Assembly (NCBI RefSeq): GCF_008831285.2
Contig: NC_045138.2
Location: 34,658,001-34,722,000, forward strand
Length of the DNA stretch: 64,000 nucleotides
Reading direction: 5' to 3'
Origin: Nymphaea colorata
Lineage: Eukaryota
Shown here in pieces: positions 58,501 through 64,000 of the stretch (position 1 is the stretch's first letter; every line of letters begins with the position of its first letter). The notes beneath the pieces were generated by a model. The model had not been told where the DNA came from, did no database searches, and saw nothing but the letters and a program-made list of their open reading frames with translations. Made by a program: the position numbers and the translations under genes.

Positions 58501-61500
58501 CCAAAGCCACATGAGAGTTGGTGAATCTACCACCTAATTGTGATGTTGTTGGGTCCAAGTGGGTATTCACTATCCAGTATCATTCACTATGGAGCGGTAT
58601 AAGGCACCTTAGTTGCAAAAGGGTTTAGTCAAACATATGGAGCTGACTTCCTTGAAACATTTTCTCATGTGGCCCAGCTTGGCACCATCACGCTTTATCA
58701 TCTCTGTCGTACCAAGCATGAGGACTCAGTTTGGGTACATATATAGCTAACGCAGCATACATGCTTTCAAAGTCAAATGGTTGCTGCATATACATTGTCT
58801 CAAATAGATCTCCATAAAGTTGTTTGAGGTTCTATCGATGTGTGGATTTCAGAGGTCTCCATTGGATCATTCCCTTTTTATAAAAAAATGAGCTTTAGGT
58901 ATGGCTATTCTAGTTATGTATGTGGATGATATTATTCTTACAGGCGATAATGATCAAGATATTTATGCTACAAAGAAGTTTCTTCAACAATACTTTGTAA
59001 CAAAAGATCTTGGTCAGTTGTGATACTTCCTAGGCATTGAGGTTGCCAGAAGTAATAACGGAATAATTCTATGTCAAAGAAAGTATCTGTTGGACATATT
59101 ACAGGAGACCGGGATGCTTGGAGCAAAAGTTGCTAATTTGCCTATGAATCCTCATCTACATCTGCATGAAGATCAATCTGAAGTTGTAGACTCACGATCA
59201 CATGGATCCCTCATTGGGAAATTGTTGTACGTAACTATCACTCGTCCAGATATAAATTTTGTAGTGGGACGTCAGAGCCGGTTTCAGGTACATTGGGAAG
59301 CAGCCATGATGGTTCTTCGGTATTTAAAGTCATCTCCAGGGAAACGGTTGTAGTTTAAAAAGGGTTCAACTTCTGAAGTTGAAGCATTCAGTGATGTTGT
59401 CTATGCCGAATCACTAGAAGATAGAATATCTACTACAAGATTCTGTGTCTTTATAGGAGGCAATCTGATGCAAGATGAAAGCATAACCAAATCTTGTAAT
59501 TGGATCTAGTTAGATTTTTAATACTTGTAAACGGATCCAGATCCGTAAGCCATTCCTGTCTCTATATAAAGGGACGTTGGTTCATTTTGTAGACAGTCAA
59601 TCAGTTGAAGAAGTGAAATGCAAGTTTTCTTAGTTTTCTCTGTTCTTCTTGTTCGTTTGATCATGTGCTTGAATTTTAGTTAGTTTAAGCTTAGTTTTAG
59701 TTTAGTAGTGAATGAAGTGGATTAAGATCTGTTTATCTTAATTCTTATCGCATCAATTGGTATCAGAGCGAGACTTTTACGAACATGAAAGACCAAGTTC
59801 AGCAAACCTTGCTGCTGACCATAGCAAGGCAGGAAGCTGATTTATTGTTCGTTCGACAGGATCTTGCTGTCGTAACCAGAAACATTGACGAAATCAAAGA
59901 AATGCTCTGCTCGTTTTTGCATTACTCACAAAATAAAGCAGAAAATTACCAGGCGTTTCCTGCAAATGGTATTCCCAATCTCTGTGCATTAAGAGCCGAA
60001 GGATCGTCGCAAGGTTACTCTGCAAGAGACGCAAGGGCTTTGGGGGAATCTTGAATGCATCAATGGAAGGAGTTCCTGCCGGAGGCCCGTTGTCGGCAGG
60101 TGTAGCAAATCTGACAGCAGGGCGCCTCGCCAGAGCTCCTCTATTTCCGTCAAGAGGTGGTGTAGAACCTACCCATCGTCAGGCATAAGTCACGGCCCAC
60201 GTTGGTTTGCCCTTCGGTGAGCAAATGAAGGCACCATGTCCGGCAAAGGGAGCGTCGTCAGCATCGGCTCCTCCTAGTGCACTGGGTGAAAGTGCGGTAG
60301 ACGTCGCCGACTAGTGGTGGTGCAGGGGACGTCGCCAGTAGTTCTGCTCAACTGAAGGGGCAAAATCTGGCAGCGTCTCCATTCGACAGGCCACCGCCCG
60401 TCGCTCTGCCTCCCGCCGCAGTTCGAGGACCGAGGGAAAGTCAGTCGCCACCGCCGTTCACCCACCATCATCACGGGTGGGAGGCGGTGGGTGCCCCGCC
60501 CTCTGGTTTGCCCCTTCCACCTCTGTTTGAGGCGAAAAAAGGGAAACTCGAGCGGCGCCTTGAGTTACCGCTCGAGGGTTTGGGTGGGTTCCTTTTGGGA
60601 CCGGTTCAAGCGGAACTGGGTTTTAGACCCGATTCGAACCTGTATTGCTTAGTCTCCTGGTTCAAGAGTTTGGATCCAAACCCAATTCCACTTCTTCCAC
60701 TTTCATTAACTGGATCCGGTGCGGGGTTGCTCCAGAATCAAGTCCAAGCTCAAGTTCCTTGTCCAAAGCCTCAAAACTACCACCTTGACCTCGGGCAACG
60801 AGCGGAACACCACTTTAGCATACACATGCGAGCGGTGGGACCTTTTGTTCAACAGATCCAAACCCTCTAAGGTGAAAAAGCATTTTGGCACAACGAAAGA
60901 TTTAAACTCGTCGAGGACAACTCTTTTCCAACTAGGGGAGTTTGATGCAAGATGAAAGCATAACCAAATCTTGTAACTGGATCTAGTTAGATTTTTAGTA
61001 CTTGTAAACGGATCCAGATCCGTAATCCATCCCTTTCTCTATATAAAGGGACGTTGGTTCATTTTGTAGACAGTTGAAGAAGTGAAATGAAAGTTTTCTT
61101 AGTTTTCTTTGTTCTTCTTGTTCGTTTGATCATGTGCTTGAGTTTTAGTTAGTTTAAGCTTAGTTTTAGTTTAGTAGTGAATGCAGTGGATTAAGATCTG
61201 TTTATCTTATTCTTATTGCATCACAATCTTATATCCTCGAGAAGCAAAAAACAGAATGTGGTGGCTAGGTCTAGTGTTGAATCTGAATATAGGGCTATGG
61301 CCCACACTGCTGTAGAAATGACTTGGGTTCGGTCTATGCTTACAAATTTGGAGATCCCCGTCACACTTCCAATGAAGATGTATTGTGATAACAAGGTTGT
61401 CACATACATAGCTATCAATCCTGTATTCCACGAGAGGACAAAACATATCGAGGTTGATTGTCACTTCATTAGGGATTTGGTGCAGGAAGGAGTTACATCC

Positions 61501-62618
61501 AGTGCATGTTTCATCAGAGAACAAGGCAGCAGACTTACTCACTAAGGCACTATCATTCGCGAGTTTACAAGAGGTTGTAACAAGCTGACCATGATTGACA
61601 TCTATGCTCCAGCTTGAGGAGGAGTGTTAGAATATTAGTTAATGAAGGTTGTTTTATGAAATTTTAAGAAGTTACATATGTCTTAACTTTTATATTTCTT
61701 GAGGAATCATATGTAATTTTTTGTTTTAGCCGCCCCTCACTAATTTCTTTTAATTAGAGATTAGGGTTAATAGCAATTAAGGATTTTGCTCTCACCGTCG
61801 CTCTCTCTCTCGACCTCGTCTCTTCTACCTTGGTTTCACGCAACAAATGAAATTTCCAGGAAACCCCTATTAAGAGCTAAAAGAGCATCAACTACTCGGA
61901 AGCCAAAACAGTGAGAATGAAACTAGTATCCAAGTCCAGCTCAGTTACATTTCCTTAATAATTAAACAATGACAAGAAAAAATCTATCAAACTCATGGTT
62001 CTAAGTTCTAACTTCTAACTCAAAGAATGATTTTCTCTGAATTGGACATGTACTTTCAAAGACACTGGATTTTCTCTGATTTGGATATGCAGTTTCAACG
62101 AGGACGGAAACATGTAAAGAAGGTTTCTACAAATGAAGTGAGAATAAGAACCAAAATTTCAGATCATGCTGATGAATTAAGTTTAGAACCTTCTCTCTCA
62201 TTGGCAGAGATTACCTTCAAAAGAGGAGCAGGAGGTTTCTCTTCACCAGGTTTTGGGGACCACTCAAGCAAAACTTGATTTTTCTCCACAGCCTCTCGTA
62301 TGTGAGTATACATATTCATAGCAGTCCTTGAATGGAAATCTCCACCAGCTCTGAAGGCATTCAGCATACTCTTGCAGTTTGAAAGGTGGGCCAAAATTCT
62401 CAGCTCCAGCTACCAAGAAAAGAAAAAATCCACTTTCAGTATAGAAAGAGTAGGGGAGAAAAATAATACGGCAACAACCACCATTAGCATGACCCCCATA
62501 TATCATCAATTTAGACAAAAAAAACCTGCCCATAATCAGCAACGATAAGAGAATTCCCAGGTTCTGCTACAAATGCTTGTCGAATTTTATAACGGTCCTT
62601 CTCCAAGGCAGGCTGGTT
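45145..62618 (-). CDS. POLI: Organellar (plastid/mitochondrial) DNA polymerase I, family A, 3' six exons; upstream exons lie beyond the right edge. Exons 62618-62526, 62409-62215, 54683-54591, 52556-52344, 52256-52167, 45306-45145
   Basis: [40 protein letters not shown] (motif A), [26 protein letters not shown] (motif B), [30 protein letters not shown] (motif C)...[12 protein letters not shown]. All introns phase 0, GT-AG. The POLIA/POLIB paralogue cannot be assigned. Confidence 0.97.
46440..52030 (+). mobile_element. Degenerate hAT DNA transposon (DUF659-type transposase remnant ~47700-48707) in the last POLI intron, interrupted by a copia element
   Basis: Remnant peptides [51 protein letters not shown] and [16 protein letters not shown] with stops and frameshifts. 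Subterminal gggtac/gtaccc repeats and a right terminus cccatgtgacatag. Outer boundaries approximate. Confidence 0.8.
48708..51867 (+). mobile_element. 3'-truncated Ty1/copia retrotransposon: 5' LTR 48708-48900, PBS, gag, protease, integrase; no RT or 3' LTR
   Basis: TG...CA LTR followed by TGGTATCAGAGC (tRNA-Met PBS) at 48901. Gag ORF 49571-50719 with [14 protein letters not shown] zinc knuckle. WIIDSG protease, [26 protein letters not shown] and [11 protein letters not shown] integrase motifs. Confidence 0.93.
53127..53865. mobile_element. Non-autonomous hAT-like element/MITE, containing an (AT)n tract at ~53730-53773
   Basis: Termini ccaagtgacatgggtac ... cccatacctatgtgacatagg resemble the CTATGTCAC/GTGACATAG ends seen at 52013-52026. 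Confidence 0.5.
54287..54415. repeat. Near-perfect palindrome centred on an (AT)n tract, followed by (GT)n to ~54450
   Basis: aacaatttttttaggaatatattgaatatctg-(AT)n-cagatattcaatatattcctaaaaaattgtt. Confidence 0.95.
55975..56370. mobile_element. MITE/hAT-like fragment inserted in the copia gag, with an internal ~72-bp tandem repeat (~56118-56260)
   Basis: Interrupts gag homology. Ends gggtgacttag. cacccaactcgagtcaaacacgagtca...tgcgtgtccaaaatggacgaaaatgatcgggtgt occurs twice. Confidence 0.6.
59466..61223 (+). mobile_element. Non-autonomous LTR element (TRIM/LARD-like, probably Ty3-derived) nested in the copia RNase H; LTRs 59466-59755 and 60943-61223, TSD CAATC
   Basis: TGATGCAAG...GCATCA LTR pair. 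PBS TGGTATCAGAGC at 59758, purine-rich PPT (aactaggggag) before the 3' LTR. CAATC at 59461-59465 and 61224-61228. No pol motifs inside. Confidence 0.93.
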
Positions 62619-63149
62619 CTGAAAGATAGCAAGAACAGCAATAGTAGCAATACCAATTAGGCAGTTAGATGCATGACAGCATACAGTTTTACAGAAAACG
62701 CAGAACACTTATCAGCCAGAGGCACAATGCCAGATGCAGGTTTCATAAAACATAATTTTGATCGATAAACTTGGAAGAACAGCTTATCAAACCTGCTAAT
62801 GTAAGAAGGAACATCATTTCCAATATTTCCATTGAAGTGTTAAAATATGCATATGTGTCATATATTTGTGTAGTAGTACTATGTTTTACATCTACATGCT
62901 TGTGAACATACTTCCTATAATGTGTATGTGTGTACATATAGGACCAGTTGATCAATCCGCTAGTCACATATTTTTTTCACATTTTTGAAAAGAACTAACT
63001 ATGCAGATATGTTCATGTGTAAAACTATGAAAATCGGTATAAATTCCATATCCGTTGAACATACAGATGAGTTTTATAAGGAAAAAAAAATCTGAAAGCT
63101 AGTTCCAATTGAAATCCATGGGAGAGAGACTCCCTACCCTTATTAACCA

Positions 63150-63950
63150 TCATAAAAGAATTTACGTACATGGAAGAATGAGAAGAAAACAGAAACACAA
63201 GCTGAAACAACTCATCACTACTGGTCCAGCAAAAGAAAAGTCTTTACAAATTTCTAACAGAGCTACTACTATTCGAAAGACAGGTCGCAGAAGATATCCA
63301 AATAGTCCCATACAGAAACCATGCGGGTCAGCCAATTTCATAAGTCCTGTCTTGATCGCTGCATGACAACAATCTTGTACCAACCTCCAGAGGAAGTTTT
63401 TGCTCAACAACCACAATGCTATCAATCTGGAGCCCCTTGCTCAACCATTCAGGTGGCCATTTCCTTCCACCCTCAATCATACCTCTAAGCCTTCGCATCC
63501 AACTTTTATTGTTGCCAGAGACATTGATGGTTCCTTGACTGGAATTTACTATTTCCAGCCCCCATTCCAGCACCTTCCTCTCTGCCTTGTCATCCCCACC
63601 GCCAATTTCCTCTTTACACCATACCCGACCTCCATTTGTAACGGGGTTCACAAAGCCATTAACTACCCTAGCACACCCCTTCCATCTGTTAATAATATGC
63701 ACCACCTAAACCTGTTCCTCCTCCTGCGCCTCACCCCCACAGACTAAACAGGTTCAAACCCAAATTTTAACTTCCTCCTCTATCAAACTATCTCTCCATT
63801 TAATAGCCATGAAAGCATCTGCAGTGGCTCCAAATTGAACACACATTGACTATCAGGAACGCAACCTTCATCATGAATAGACTTGTTCCTCCACCACCAT
63901 ACCCTCCAACAGACTACATGAGAACAGATAGTCCAGCATTGTTTCAACCA
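63150..63950 (-). mobile_element. Possible highly degenerate LINE remnant in a POLI intron
   Basis: NFLWRLVQDC resembles the zf-RVT FLWRxxxxxLPT motif; otherwise weak. Confidence 0.3.
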
Positions 63951-64000
63951 TTTTTTTTTTAAACTGCACCTTATTCCAAGCTTTGAACTTAGTAATATCA

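Larger units (their letters stand above)
54918..61845 (+). mobile_element. Full-length but decayed Ty1/copia retrotransposon: LTRs 54918-55149 and 61625-61845, TSD AATGA
   Basis: Both LTRs run TGTTAGAATATT...CACGCAACA. AATGA flanks at 54913-54917 and 61846-61850. Degenerate PBS (cggtaacaaagc) and PPT (ttgaggaggag). Gag, integrase, RT (YVDDIILTG) and RNase H ([33 protein letters not shown]) remnants with many stops. Confidence 0.95.

Overview
Eukaryotic (flowering plant) nuclear DNA with spliced genes; the genus cannot be determined from this window. Six protein-coding genes can be reconstructed by hand with GT-AG junctions. (1) The 5' part of a sialyltransferase-like GT29 gene (SIA1/MGP2-like, minus strand), which runs off the left edge. 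(2) A pyruvate,phosphate dikinase regulatory protein gene (plus). (3) A small plant uncharacterised C-terminally anchored membrane protein (minus). (4) An uncharacterised plastid-transit-like, acidic membrane protein (minus). (5) An intact four-exon class III peroxidase (plus). (6) The 3' six exons of the organellar DNA polymerase I (minus). Two of its introns (~7 kb each) are filled with nested transposons, all antisense to the gene: a hAT remnant, two Ty1/copia elements, a 1.76-kb non-autonomous LTR element with an intact TSD, and MITEs. Intergenic DNA holds LINE and Ty3 remnants. The most unusual structure is at 36.7-41.3 kb: two direct copies, ~2.68 kb apart, of a long foldback unit with 400-670-bp inverted arms around the same ~90-bp spacer. 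Two otherwise well-conserved genes each lack one base in a short G/C homopolymer, which suggests consensus indel errors or recent null alleles. No prokaryotic-type system, CRISPR array or RNA gene was found.
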